From an uncultured Candidatus Binatia bacterium (lineage in GTDB: Bacteria > Desulfobacterota > Binatia > UBA9968 > JAJDTQ01), in the NCBI GenBank assembly GCA_965242525.1, contig OZ251459.1:1376001-1440000 (forward strand): a DNA stretch of 64,000 bases, read 5' to 3'. The translations under genes and the position numbers were made by a program. Positions 55,460-64,000 of this stretch are shown here, piece after piece. Each line of letters starts with the position of its first letter. Positions within the stretch are counted from its first letter, which is position 1. Under the pieces are notes generated by a model that searched no databases, had not been told where the DNA came from, and saw only the letters and a list, made by a program, of their open reading frames with translations.

Positions 55460-56995
55460 TCAGTTACCTCCGGACGCAGCCTTCCTGTTGCCACGCACGC
55501 CCTCGATGCCAAAGGCTCGATCTTCTCTCAGCTTCGCCAGATTCTGCCGGACGTCCCGGGCGACTTCTTCGACCTCCCGCGCAACCCTGGTCTCAACTCC
55601 GAGCTCCCGTTCCAGCGCCGTCGTAAGGGGCAACAGAAAGCCCGCCGCGGGTGAAGCCTGGATCAGTTCCCGCATCCGCGCCGGCCCCAGGTCAATGCTG
55701 AACTCCATCAAGGCGACCAGGCATTCCCTTGAGGGCGAACTGATCTTGGGCAGGACTTCAAGCATTGCCTCGACGTCCTGCTCACAAGCAAGCGAAGTCC
55801 CGCTTGCGCCGACGTTCCTCATCTCAGGCGGCGAGTAGTACGACGCCATGAAGCGGATCAGGGTTTCGATCAGGCGATCCGGCCTACGTTTGTACCGCAA
55901 CAGGTAGTAGATATTGTACAGGCGCTCGGTCAGGTAGTACTGCTTGCGCCGGGCGGTACCGCCCGCCACCTGAACGACGCCCCGCTCGATGAGGCGGGCG
56001 AGGTGAGCGCTGCACTTGCTCGTCTCCACCCGGGACCTGTCCGCGATTTCCTTTGTGGTTGCCGGCCTCCATAGCTCTGCGAGCGCGAGATAGACCCGCC
56101 GTTCCTGGGCTGGGAGCGAGTCGATGTGGCTCTTGAAGTACTCCGTGTGGTCGTCCACCAAGTCGAGCAGGGCGTCCATGAGCTTGCGAAAAGACAACTC
56201 CCCACCGAAGCGGGCCACGATGGCGAGCAGGCGCGGGCTGCCGCCGGTGAGGATTTCCAGCGAACGAATCGTGTCGTGCGGACGGGGCTGGCCGGACACT
56301 TTTTCCCACAGGACGGCGCATTCGTCCGTATCGAGAGGGCGCAGGGTGAGGATCCGAAAGAGGTCGTACAGGGCGCGGTCCGGACGGTCTATCTCGTCGA
56401 AGCGGCTGGTGGCGCTGGCCAGCAGGATGATCCGGGGCTCGGTCTGGAGGGTCTTGCGCAGCCGCCATCCCGCTTCGGAGTCCGCCATATCCCCGAACAT
56501 CATGTTCAGGTTCTCCACGATCAGCACAAGCCGCTTGCCCTCTCGATCCGAGAAGTCCAGCAAGGAACCGAGGCAGCGCTCGGCAAGGATCTGGTCGTCA
56601 TGAATGGTGCGGAAATCTTCGAAGGTGCGGTGCAGGTCGGGACCATCCTCTTGGCGAGGCGCCTCGTCTGCCAGATGGGACAGGCATTCCAACCAGAACT
56701 CCCCCGCGGTGGCTACCTCGTAGCTTTCCTCTGCAAAGACGATGGGGAAGAAGCCAGACGACAGCGCAGCGTCCCGGCGCACCTCCGCGGCCACCCGCAG
56801 GAGCAGGCTGGTCTTGCCGCTCCCGCGCGGGCCGATCACGATCTGATGCGGGTTCGAGCTTCCGGTGCACTCGCGCAGCGTCTCGACCATGGAGTCGAAC
56901 TCGGCCGTCCGCACGCAGAAGGAAGCTACCAACTCGTCATCGCTGAAGAACCCCGGGTTGTACTTCCGTACCTTCGGGGGGGCGGTCACAGTCAT
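55460..56995 (-). CDS. STAND-like AAA+ ATPase with winged-helix domain
   Basis: KYNPGF, GPRGSGKTS, LIVENL, LTGGSPRL, wHTH segment (TTKEIADRSRVETSKCSAHLARLIERGVV); ATGA overlap with the upstream ATPase. Confidence 0.8.
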   Translation of the reverse strand: MTVTAPPKVRKYNPGFFSDDELVASFCVRTAEFDSMVETLRECTGSSNPHQIVIGPRGSGKTSLLLRVAAEVRRDAALSSGFFPIVFAEESYEVATAGEFWLECLSHLADEAPRQEDGPDLHRTFEDFRTIHDDQILAERCLGSLLDFSDREGKRLVLIVENLNMMFGDMADSEAGWRLRKTLQTEPRIILLASATSRFDEIDRPDRALYDLFRILTLRPLDTDECAVLWEKVSGQPRPHDTIRSLEILTGGSPRLLAIVARFGGELSFRKLMDALLDLVDDHTEYFKSHIDSLPAQERRVYLALAELWRPATTKEIADRSRVETSKCSAHLARLIERGVVQVAGGTARRKQYYLTERLYNIYYLLRYKRRPDRLIETLIRFMASYYSPPEMRNVGASGTSLACEQDVEAMLEVLPKISSPSRECLVALMEFSIDLGPARMRELIQASPAAGFLLPLTTALERELGVETRVAREVEEVARDVRQNLAKLREDRAFGIEGVRGNRKAASGGN

Positions 56996-58353
56996 CGTTT
57001 GGCGCTCCGGGCAGATCCAGCCCCGGGCGAGGCGGAAGAAGCGCCGGATCGGCCGTACCGGACGCGCCACCAGTCTTCGAGTAGCCCCGACACGAAGCGG
57101 TAGCCGTCACCTTGCTTGGCCAGATACCCGTCGTGCTCCAGCACGTGGAGCACGTCTTCGATCAAGGGCGGGTCGGCCATGGTCTCGCCTGCAAGAGACT
57201 CGCTCTGCCTGACTTCACGGTCCAGGCCGCGGCGAACCTCACGTCGAACCCTGGCCTCGTCCGCAAGAGATTCGCCATACCGTCGGATGGCGTCGCTTGG
57301 CAGCCGACCGCGGTTGTTTGCAGCCTCGGTCAACATCTCCAGGGCGACCCGATACCCATCAACCCCGAGGACCATCCTCAATCGATCCTCGTAGTGCGGC
57401 AGGTCCGTCTGTCCCCGGATACCGAGCATCTCCCGGTCATAGACGCGCCCTACGTCTTCAAGGGAGGCGGCGCGCCGACCGGCCCGGCGCAGGTCCTCGT
57501 GAAGGACATCGAAGAACCTCTGCACGTGGTGGGGAACCTGACACCGAAGTCGCCGGCACATCTCCTGGCGGACGTCGAGGGGGAGGTCGATACGGTAGGT
57601 CTCCCCCAGAGCGCCGAGGCAGGCCATGGCGGTCTCCCTGTCCCAGGGCTTCAGGTCGAAAGGGGTGAAGATGTTCGCGTGGGCGCTGAGTCCGGCCTGT
57701 TGCAGGATGGGTTCGAGGCTCACGCTGCCGGAGAGGATCATGCAGACCCGGCCCTGATGCGCCTGGCCGTTCTTGCGAAGCCAACTCAGGAACTCATCCG
57801 CGGCCCGCCGACGCTCCGGCGTGATGCGGTAGTCGTCCCCCTTGAGCAACCGGTTGACGAGGATCGGCAGTTCGTCGATGGCGAGCGTCACCGGCCTTTC
57901 GTTCCCCGCCAGAGCCGCGAAGACCTCGTCGCCCTTCTGCCGCCAGTTGCCGGCATCGACCCCGGCGCGCAGCTTCATCCGCAAGTCTGCGCCAGCCAGT
58001 ACAGGAACTTGGCCGCCGACTTCGACCTCTGCCGGAAGGACATTGGCGAACAGGTCCCTGATCCGCTTCCAGGCGCCTTGCATCGTCCTCGACTGGAACC
58101 CGATCTCGGTGATGGCGTCTGCGGGGGTGGAGGCCCCCTCCAGATCAACGAAGACTGACTCGAAACTCCCCTCTTCCTTCAGCCGGCGCAACAGTTCCCG
58201 AACGAGGCTCGTCTTGCCCATGCGCCGTTGCGCAGTCAGCAGGGTATGGGCTCCGTCCCGAACCCGCTCCACAAGAGCCTCGATCTCGGCCTCTCGGTCG
58301 AAGAAGCGATCCCCTTCGACCCAGTTGCCGCCCGCCTTCCTGAGCGCCGCCAT
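56992..58353 (-). CDS. STAND-like/archaeal-type AAA+ ATPase
   Basis: GNWVEGDRFFDRE.E, AQRRMGKTS, LAIDELP, ILSGS, C-terminal L..LEHDGYL....YRF.SGLL.DWW. Confidence 0.8.
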   Translation of the reverse strand: MAALRKAGGNWVEGDRFFDREAEIEALVERVRDGAHTLLTAQRRMGKTSLVRELLRRLKEEGSFESVFVDLEGASTPADAITEIGFQSRTMQGAWKRIRDLFANVLPAEVEVGGQVPVLAGADLRMKLRAGVDAGNWRQKGDEVFAALAGNERPVTLAIDELPILVNRLLKGDDYRITPERRRAADEFLSWLRKNGQAHQGRVCMILSGSVSLEPILQQAGLSAHANIFTPFDLKPWDRETAMACLGALGETYRIDLPLDVRQEMCRRLRCQVPHHVQRFFDVLHEDLRRAGRRAASLEDVGRVYDREMLGIRGQTDLPHYEDRLRMVLGVDGYRVALEMLTEAANNRGRLPSDAIRRYGESLADEARVRREVRRGLDREVRQSESLAGETMADPPLIEDVLHVLEHDGYLAKQGDGYRFVSGLLEDWWRVRYGRSGASSASPGAGSARSAKR

Positions 58354-58371
58354 GGTATTCCCATCAACCTC

Positions 58372-58409
58372 GTTGGCAATCGCACTGTTGGCAACGATAT
58401 TGTTGGCAA
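58372..58409. promoter_or_regulatory. Three GTTGGCAA direct repeats at 15-bp period (putative operator)
   Basis: Exact copies at 58372-58379, 58387-58394 and 58402-58409, starting 19 bp upstream of the ATPase start. Confidence 0.6.
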
Positions 58410-58471
58410 ACAATCCGGGCGATGTCAACCACCCCGGAAGACCAACTCGGTCAACGACTGTCCGACGCCAC

Positions 58472-59230
58472 TCAGATCCATGCCTGGGGACGTTCCTCGA
58501 GGACGCGCTCGCTTGCGGAGCCGAAGTAGCTTCGGTTCGTGGTAAAGAACCTGGGCAAACGTCCGTTCTTCGGCAGAAGCTCCCCACGAGCCGCCTCTTC
58601 CATCACGGTAAGGTCCTCGGCGAAATCCTCCCACCCATCGCTGAGCGCTCTCCAGTGTCTTTCCCGGGCGTCTCGCAAACGTCTGACGTTCAACCCCAGG
58701 AATTCGATGGTGCGTTGCACACGATAGGCGGACACGCCGACAGCTTCACACGCCGGTACATCGGCTTCCATCCTCCCATTGACAATGACTCGGGTAAGTG
58801 AAGGGAGCGCGGGCAGGGTTCGGGGGTCGATGAGGTCATCGTTCACCTGACCGCCCTTCTTCTGGCCGCAACTCTGATGGCGTCGCACCGGTTCACGATA
58901 CCGAGTTTCATCGGCCAACCGGTTGCTGCCATATGCGCCTTCCGTCCCGCCCTTGCAGCAGGCGATCATGTTGGTGACGTCCAGCGCCCTCAGTGCCCCC
59001 ACCGGGTCGCTTCGGGGAACCCAATGCTCGACCTGACGATCCAACTCGGTGAGGTCGATCTCACAGTACCCGCAAAGACCGTGCTGAAGGTCGGTCAGTC
59101 CGTCCAGCAGCTCTTTATGGGAACCCCCTGCATCGTGGGAACGGAATTCCCCCCATTCCGGGTCGCGCACATGATCGAGGTAATCCCTGAGCCCCGGAGC
59201 AGGCTCATGCAAGGCTCGGATGCGTTTCAT
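58472..59230 (-). CDS. ptuB: HNH endonuclease, Septu PtuB / TIGR02646-like (copy 1)
   Basis: QHGLCGYCE, VEHWVPRS, NMIACCKGG, SCGQKK, TIEFLGLN. Confidence 0.8.
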   Translation of the reverse strand: MKRIRALHEPAPGLRDYLDHVRDPEWGEFRSHDAGGSHKELLDGLTDLQHGLCGYCEIDLTELDRQVEHWVPRSDPVGALRALDVTNMIACCKGGTEGAYGSNRLADETRYREPVRRHQSCGQKKGGQVNDDLIDPRTLPALPSLTRVIVNGRMEADVPACEAVGVSAYRVQRTIEFLGLNVRRLRDARERHWRALSDGWEDFAEDLTVMEEAARGELLPKNGRLPRFFTTNRSYFGSASERVLEERPQAWI

Positions 59231-60504
59231 CTCGATTTTCCCATGCGGGCCAGCAATGAACGCCGTCTTATTTCGACGTCCGCCCGGTCGAGGGCATGGT
59301 CGCGGGGCGAAAGGTTCTCCAACTCCCTCCTGAGCGTCAGGGCTTCTTCCGATTCGCCTTCGTCGTCGCTGACGAGCCGCATGTACCGTTCCAGGGTTTT
59401 CGTGAATTCGTTGCCGGACGGACGCTGGTCCGTCCCCATCACCGAGGAGAGGACCACGCCCGCTTCTGCGCCATAGGTTGCCGAGGCAGGGGAACCGGCG
59501 ACGACACGGCCATCCTCTTCACGGACCAGCTCCACGATACGTTCCGGCTTGACCGTGGTCAGTACCTGCGGGCTGTGGGTGGAGACGATGAACTGTGCGT
59601 TCGGGAACGTCCGGGTGAGGTCGTCCAGTATCCGCTGCTGCCAGGAAGGATGCAGGTGCAGATCGACTTCGTCGATGAGAACCACCGCCTCGGATTCGAG
59701 AGGGTTGTCGAGATGTGGATTCCCTTGCGCCATCCGCCAAGCCAGGTCGGCCGCGAGGGCAAGCACCGCGCGATAGCCTCCGCTCAACTGGTCGAGAGCC
59801 AGTTTCTCGCTCTTCCGTCCCGTTCTCACGGACACCACGAACCGAGGCGGGTCCATCTCTATATGGGGTTCAGATACGTCGTCGAGCATGGAGGAGATCG
59901 CACGACGGAGGTTGGACAACTCGTCGAGCTGGTAACCGAAGTCACGCCGCTCCCTCTGTTCTCTCAACTCCTCGTTTTCCTTGAAATAGAACCACTCGAA
60001 CAACCCCTGGAAGTTCGTGCGTGACGAAAGCGCCCCCTTGAAGGCGTCGTATCGGTTCAGGTCCTTCCTGAAATCGGACCACCGCTCCGTCTGATCGAAG
60101 ATGACACGGTCGGTGTCGTAGAAGGCAACGATGGGAAACTCGACCCGCCGCCCAGCCTCGTGATCGCTGACGATTTCATCCGTTCTGTCTTTCAAGGCGC
60201 TGGTGTATTCTCGTTGCGCCGGTTGTCCTTTGGCTACGGTTCCGGACCAGGAAATACCTTCGACCGTGGTGAGGGCGACGTGTAAATCCGACGCGCCCAC
60301 ACGCAAATCGGTATCGAGAAGACCTCTCTCGGAGACGTTGGCAAACAGGTGGGGAATGGCGCCGAGCCCGGCTGCGACCGCGCCCAGAACGCTCGTCTTC
60401 CCGTGTGCGTTGGCGCCATGCAGAACCGTGAGCCGCGGGTCGAGCGTCAAGGCGAGCTTATCGACCGCACGGAAGTTCTCGATCTCCACCGATGCCAGCT
60501 TCAT
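59227..60504 (-). CDS. ptuA: ABC/AAA_21 ATPase, Septu PtuA-like (copy 1)
   Basis: GANAHGKTS, QLSGGYR, RMAQGNP, IDEVDLHLHPSWQ, STHSPQV. Confidence 0.85.
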   Translation of the reverse strand: MKLASVEIENFRAVDKLALTLDPRLTVLHGANAHGKTSVLGAVAAGLGAIPHLFANVSERGLLDTDLRVGASDLHVALTTVEGISWSGTVAKGQPAQREYTSALKDRTDEIVSDHEAGRRVEFPIVAFYDTDRVIFDQTERWSDFRKDLNRYDAFKGALSSRTNFQGLFEWFYFKENEELREQRERRDFGYQLDELSNLRRAISSMLDDVSEPHIEMDPPRFVVSVRTGRKSEKLALDQLSGGYRAVLALAADLAWRMAQGNPHLDNPLESEAVVLIDEVDLHLHPSWQQRILDDLTRTFPNAQFIVSTHSPQVLTTVKPERIVELVREEDGRVVAGSPASATYGAEAGVVLSSVMGTDQRPSGNEFTKTLERYMRLVSDDEGESEEALTLRRELENLSPRDHALDRADVEIRRRSLLARMGKSR

Positions 60505-60531
60505 GGTCCCGACCCTTTCCCCTGGCCGAGT

Positions 60532-60726
60532 TCACTTTCCGAGACGACCGAGTTTGTTCAGGAGATGGTAGGACATGTCCTGGACCGTCACGTGGCAGGG
60601 ATTGAACGACCTGTCGCCGCAGCCCTCGGACTTGGCGGATACCGATGCCACGTTCTGGAAGGCGATGACGCAAAGCGCCAGCGCGATGACCGTCAACACG
60701 ACCTTGCTGTAGAGATCCAGTTTCAT
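60532..60726 (-). CDS. Small exported or membrane-anchored protein (64 aa)
   Basis: GGAGGAGG RBS; MKLDLYSKVVLTVIALALCVIAFQ hydrophobic leader; Cys pair CGDRSFNPC. Confidence 0.6.
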   Translation of the reverse strand: MKLDLYSKVVLTVIALALCVIAFQNVASVSAKSEGCGDRSFNPCHVTVQDMSYHLLNKLGRLGK

Positions 60727-60847
60727 GGTTGCCTCCTCCATATGGGGTTTCTCCTGTTCATAAGGAGAAATTCACGGGAATGACGGGAGTGGGTCGGAAC
60801 GACAGAAGAAGAGGACCATCGGTGGAACCACCGGGATCGACGCACCT

Positions 60848-61342
60848 TCATGCGAAGCCCCCCCTCCTCCGCGGCTCCGTCAGCAGGAAGCGCAGCGCGG
60901 TGAGCACCCGGCGGGGGTTCTTGCGGTGCATGGCCATGCCGAGCCAGTAGGCGGCCTCTTCGCGTCCCATGGCTTCGATGCCTTCGGCCACCGACCGCAT
61001 GTTGTCGCGGCTTCGCATGGGAGCAAGCGTGCGGAACAGCAACCCCAGCGTCAACGCCAGATCCTCGTCCAGGGCGTAGCCCCGTTTCCGGGCGTCCGCA
61101 TCCAGGCCGAGCCTGACGCCGGACTGCGCCAGCCGTTTCAGCAACCGGTGCTCCACCAGTTCGAGGTTGCGGCCCCGAAGCCCGGCCACGCGCGCCGCGG
61201 AGGTCACCTGCGGCGTGGCGGCCGCGGGCATCCGCCAGACCTCGTATTCCGCGTCCGCGGGACCGTGGCGGCGCACCCGCAACTCGTACCGGGGGGCCGA
61301 TTCCGGCGTGTCGATCTGGGCGATCCTCTCCAACCGCGCCAT
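60848..61342 (-). CDS. Small conserved protein of the DUF499/DUF1156 system (occupies the DUF3780 position)
   Basis: Abuts the DUF499 stop; EDLALTLGLLFRTLAPM and MGREEAAYWLGMA motifs. Confidence 0.7.
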   Translation of the reverse strand: MARLERIAQIDTPESAPRYELRVRRHGPADAEYEVWRMPAAATPQVTSAARVAGLRGRNLELVEHRLLKRLAQSGVRLGLDADARKRGYALDEDLALTLGLLFRTLAPMRSRDNMRSVAEGIEAMGREEAAYWLGMAMHRKNPRRVLTALRFLLTEPRRRGGFA

Positions 61343-64000
61343 CTATGCCTTCGCTTCCGCGGTGGCCGACACGTAGGCGGCGCCGCTGGCGAACCGCGCC
61401 AACCGCTGGGTCATCTTCTCCGGGGCGTCGCCCTGCATGGGCAGTCCCTCGGCGAAGGTCAACTCGAAACCCACTTCCATGGTCTGGGAGGCGGCGTCGC
61501 GAAGCTGGGCTTCGAGGAACTCCCGCACCGGCTGGGCGTCCGACACCGGCCCCCGGAACTCCAACTGGAACGAGCCGCGGTCACGGGTTTCGTACCCGCC
61601 GACGAGGGTCACCAGCTTGTCCGCGCCGGAAACGGCGCCCACCGCTCCCATCAGCCGAAAGGCGTCCCCGGCCTCGAACAGACGGATGGCGAGGACCGCG
61701 ACCTTCTCGATCTTCCGGGCGCGGGCCTGTTCCCAGAGCTTGGCCAAGGCTTCCTCGAGCAGGCCTTCGGCCGACAGGACGCCGGGAGGCGGTTCTTCCA
61801 CCCTGCCAGCGCCGTCCCCCGGAAGAGTCACATACGTTGTTTCCCTTTCCCGGTCCGTGTCCTTTCCGGCAGGGTCGGCGGCAGGCCGGCGGGGCGTCTC
61901 CGGTTCCGGCCGCGGCCAGATCCCCTTCTCCACCGCATAAGCCATGGTGAAGACCATGGACTGCTCATCCACGGCGATGGTGGGCAACGGGTCGCCGGGA
62001 CCGCACAGCAGGTCGCCGCGCTGATAGACGTATTCCCCCCGCTCGATGCCGCGCAGGATGCCGCGGATGAAGATATCGTCGCCCACCAGGATGGGCAGCG
62101 CCGGGTCCCGGCGGAACTCGTCGCGCAACGCGAGGGTCGTGATCTGCCCCTTGCGGAGCGGCGTGCGGTCGCGCACGTACGCGGGAGAGTCCGGCTCGTC
62201 CTCGGCAAGGCGGAGTTTCGACAGGTCCCGGAGGGCGCGCACGACTTGCCGTTGTCCCGAGCCGGGGCGGTCCGAGGTCGATTGCACGTCGATGGCCGAG
62301 TGCGCCAGATCGACGTTGCTCGCGCCGATGCGGTTCCGCGACGGGTAGAAGACGTGGCGGTAGCACTGCTGGACGGCCAGGGCCAACTCCTGCTCGGAAC
62401 GGGCTTCCAGTTCGCGGATCTTGTCCTGCTGGTACTCCGCGAGGTCCACCAGCCGCTCGGGCTTCTTCAGGTCCTGCAACGCCAGCCGCCGCTGGGACTT
62501 GCGCCGCATCTCCTCCTTGCGGGCGTCGTCCGCGGCCAGGAACACCAGGTTGTTGCGCAGCGTCCGCAGCGCAGAGCCTTCCGAACCCTTGCGGGAGTGG
62601 ATGCGTTCGATCAACTCGGGAACGCTCTCCACCGCGCTGCCGATGGCCACGCCGTCGTAGGCGAGCACCACCAGCCTGGGGCGGCCGTCGCCCACCTCGT
62701 CGGGGGCGTCGAAGGGGCCGCCCGGGAACGTTACGGCCTCGAAGGCGCCGCCCGCGCCGCCGCCGAAGATGCCGCGGATGCAGTCGTCCAGGTGGGCGCG
62801 GGTCTCGCCGGCGTCCACGTGCTGTTCCTGGCGCCGGATGATCTGGCTCAGGTTGGCTTCGGCGAGGAAGCGCATGGGCGCGCCGGGCCGGTCGTCGAGG
62901 TAGGCGGATTCCGCGACGAACTTCCGGCGCGCCTCCTCCACGAAGCTCAGGTCCAGGCCCGGGGCCAGCATGGAGTAGCGCAACTGGTGGGGAGACAGGC
63001 CCTTGAGGGGGTCGTTGAACGCGAGGGTGTGCATGAAGATCGTGCGCGCCACGTATGCGGCGTAGGGCGGCAGGCCCCGGTGGTGCTCGACGTCCATCTC
63101 CTCGGCCAGCGCCCTCTTGTCCGCGCCCGCCACGTCGTTGGCCATGGCCGGCAGGTATGCGGTCTGGCCGAGACGGGTGACGATCTCTTGCCGGATGGGC
63201 TCGTGGCCCGGGTCCATGTGGTGGAGATGGATCGCCGCGGCGTCCGCGGGCCGCTGCCGCCACAGGTGGGCGATGGTGCGGGCCAGCAGCCGCAGCATCC
63301 CGCGCACGCGCTGGAAGTTGCCCAGGGTTGCGGTCTTGGCCGTCAGGGTTCCCAGCACCTCGGGATGCAGCGGGTAGCTCCAGCGGAACGCCTCGGTGGT
63401 CTCGGGGCGCCCGGCGTCGCCGGACAGCGCCTCGCCGCCGGCGCTCCAAATCTCGCGGTACGCTGCGACGACCGAAGCGGCCCGGGAATCGTCGATGGCT
63501 TCGAACAGGCGCCGGCGCAGCACCTGCGCGGTCTCGTCCTCTTCCGTGGGGTTGAGCAGCGTGGCCTTGCGCGCGGAGACGCTCTCGGCTTCGGCCAGGC
63601 GGTCGGCGATGAACTGGTTCTCCGCACCGTAGGCATCCCCGGCGCGTCCGTCCTTGCCGATGGCCAGGGTATAGACGAGAGTCGCGTTGGGCGCTCCCTC
63701 CACCGCCTTGAACAGCGAGGTCAGGAACGCGGTCAACTGGTCGTGGGCGCCGTCGAACCGGCGCACCTTGCGCAGATACACCGAGAGCTCGTCGAGCAGG
63801 ACCAGGGTGGGTTCGCCCCCGAAGAGCTCCCGCAGGGTTTCGGCGCCCGGCGCCGCCCGATGCTCGTCGCTGGCGCGGACCCGTTCGTACCCTTCCCGCC
63901 CGGCGAGGGCGTAAGCGATCTCTCCCCAGGGCGTGCACGCCAGCACGCCATCGCCCATGGCCCGCCCGTTGGCGGGGTCCGCGTTCTCGCCGTCGAAGGC
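61343..64000 (-). CDS. DUF499-family AAA+ ATPase, 5' end outside the window
   Basis: TPWGEIAYAL, APG, PTLVLLDEL, VLRRRLFE, YPLHPE, FQRVRGMLRLLA, RNNLVFLAAD; frame open to the window edge. Confidence 0.9.
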   Translation of the reverse strand, partial: AFDGENADPANGRAMGDGVLACTPWGEIAYALAGREGYERVRASDEHRAAPGAETLRELFGGEPTLVLLDELSVYLRKVRRFDGAHDQLTAFLTSLFKAVEGAPNATLVYTLAIGKDGRAGDAYGAENQFIADRLAEAESVSARKATLLNPTEEDETAQVLRRRLFEAIDDSRAASVVAAYREIWSAGGEALSGDAGRPETTEAFRWSYPLHPEVLGTLTAKTATLGNFQRVRGMLRLLARTIAHLWRQRPADAAAIHLHHMDPGHEPIRQEIVTRLGQTAYLPAMANDVAGADKRALAEEMDVEHHRGLPPYAAYVARTIFMHTLAFNDPLKGLSPHQLRYSMLAPGLDLSFVEEARRKFVAESAYLDDRPGAPMRFLAEANLSQIIRRQEQHVDAGETRAHLDDCIRGIFGGGAGGAFEAVTFPGGPFDAPDEVGDGRPRLVVLAYDGVAIGSAVESVPELIERIHSRKGSEGSALRTLRNNLVFLAADDARKEEMRRKSQRRLALQDLKKPERLVDLAEYQQDKIRELEARSEQELALAVQQCYRHVFYPSRNRIGASNVDLAHSAIDVQSTSDRPGSGQRQVVRALRDLSKLRLAEDEPDSPAYVRDRTPLRKGQITTLALRDEFRRDPALPILVGDDIFIRGILRGIERGEYVYQRGDLLCGPGDPLPTIAVDEQSMVFTMAYAVEKGIWPRPEPETPRRPAADPAGKDTDRERETTYVTLPGDGAGRVEEPPPGVLSAEGLLEEALAKLWEQARARKIEKVAVLAIRLFEAGDAFRLMGAVGAVSGADKLVTLVGGYETRDRGSFQLEFRGPVSDAQPVREFLEAQLRDAASQTMEVGFELTFAEGLPMQGDAPEKMTQRLARFASGAAYVSATAEAKA

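Noticed and set aside
50013-60504. Retron system
   Set aside because: The HNH/ATPase pairs resemble retron effectors but no reverse transcriptase (YADD) or msr-msd was found in the window
43424-64000. DISARM or BREX assignment
   Set aside because: No DrmA/DrmB or PglZ/BrxC/PglX genes in view; DUF499 plus DUF1156 plus PLD-SNF2 fits the restriction-like architecture better

Overview
High-GC bacterial chromosome segment with two parts. (1) Bases 1 to about 42,500 are a catabolism and transport region. It holds two UbiD-family decarboxylases, tripartite tricarboxylate transporters, three LLM-class oxidoreductases, hydrolases, a PrpF-family tautomerase, a CoA ligase, a molybdo-flavoenzyme (CoxM/L/S-type) operon, UppP and several intact or decayed toxin-antitoxin modules. 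This part carries about 13 copies of a short TIR-bounded element with a REP-like core, a second MITE nested inside two of them, and a TIR-bounded REP/GIY-YIG relic. It also hides two small genes missing from the ORF track: a probable selenocysteine glutaredoxin (UPPC motif plus SECIS-like hairpin) and a Cys4 microprotein behind ubiD. (2) Bases 42,700 to 64,000 are a minus-strand anti-phage island. A restriction-like DUF499 / small protein / DUF1156 methylase / PLD-SNF2 system is split by about 10.8 kb of cargo: two Septu-like (PtuA/PtuB) pairs, a Menshen-like triad, an uncharacterised tandem ATPase pair preceded by a 3x GTTGGCAA repeat, and a small exported protein. A decayed second copy of the small gene's 3' end marks the apparent insertion scar. 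No rRNA, tRNA, CRISPR array, reverse transcriptase or transposase was recognised. Family calls come from motif recognition by eye, not database searches.
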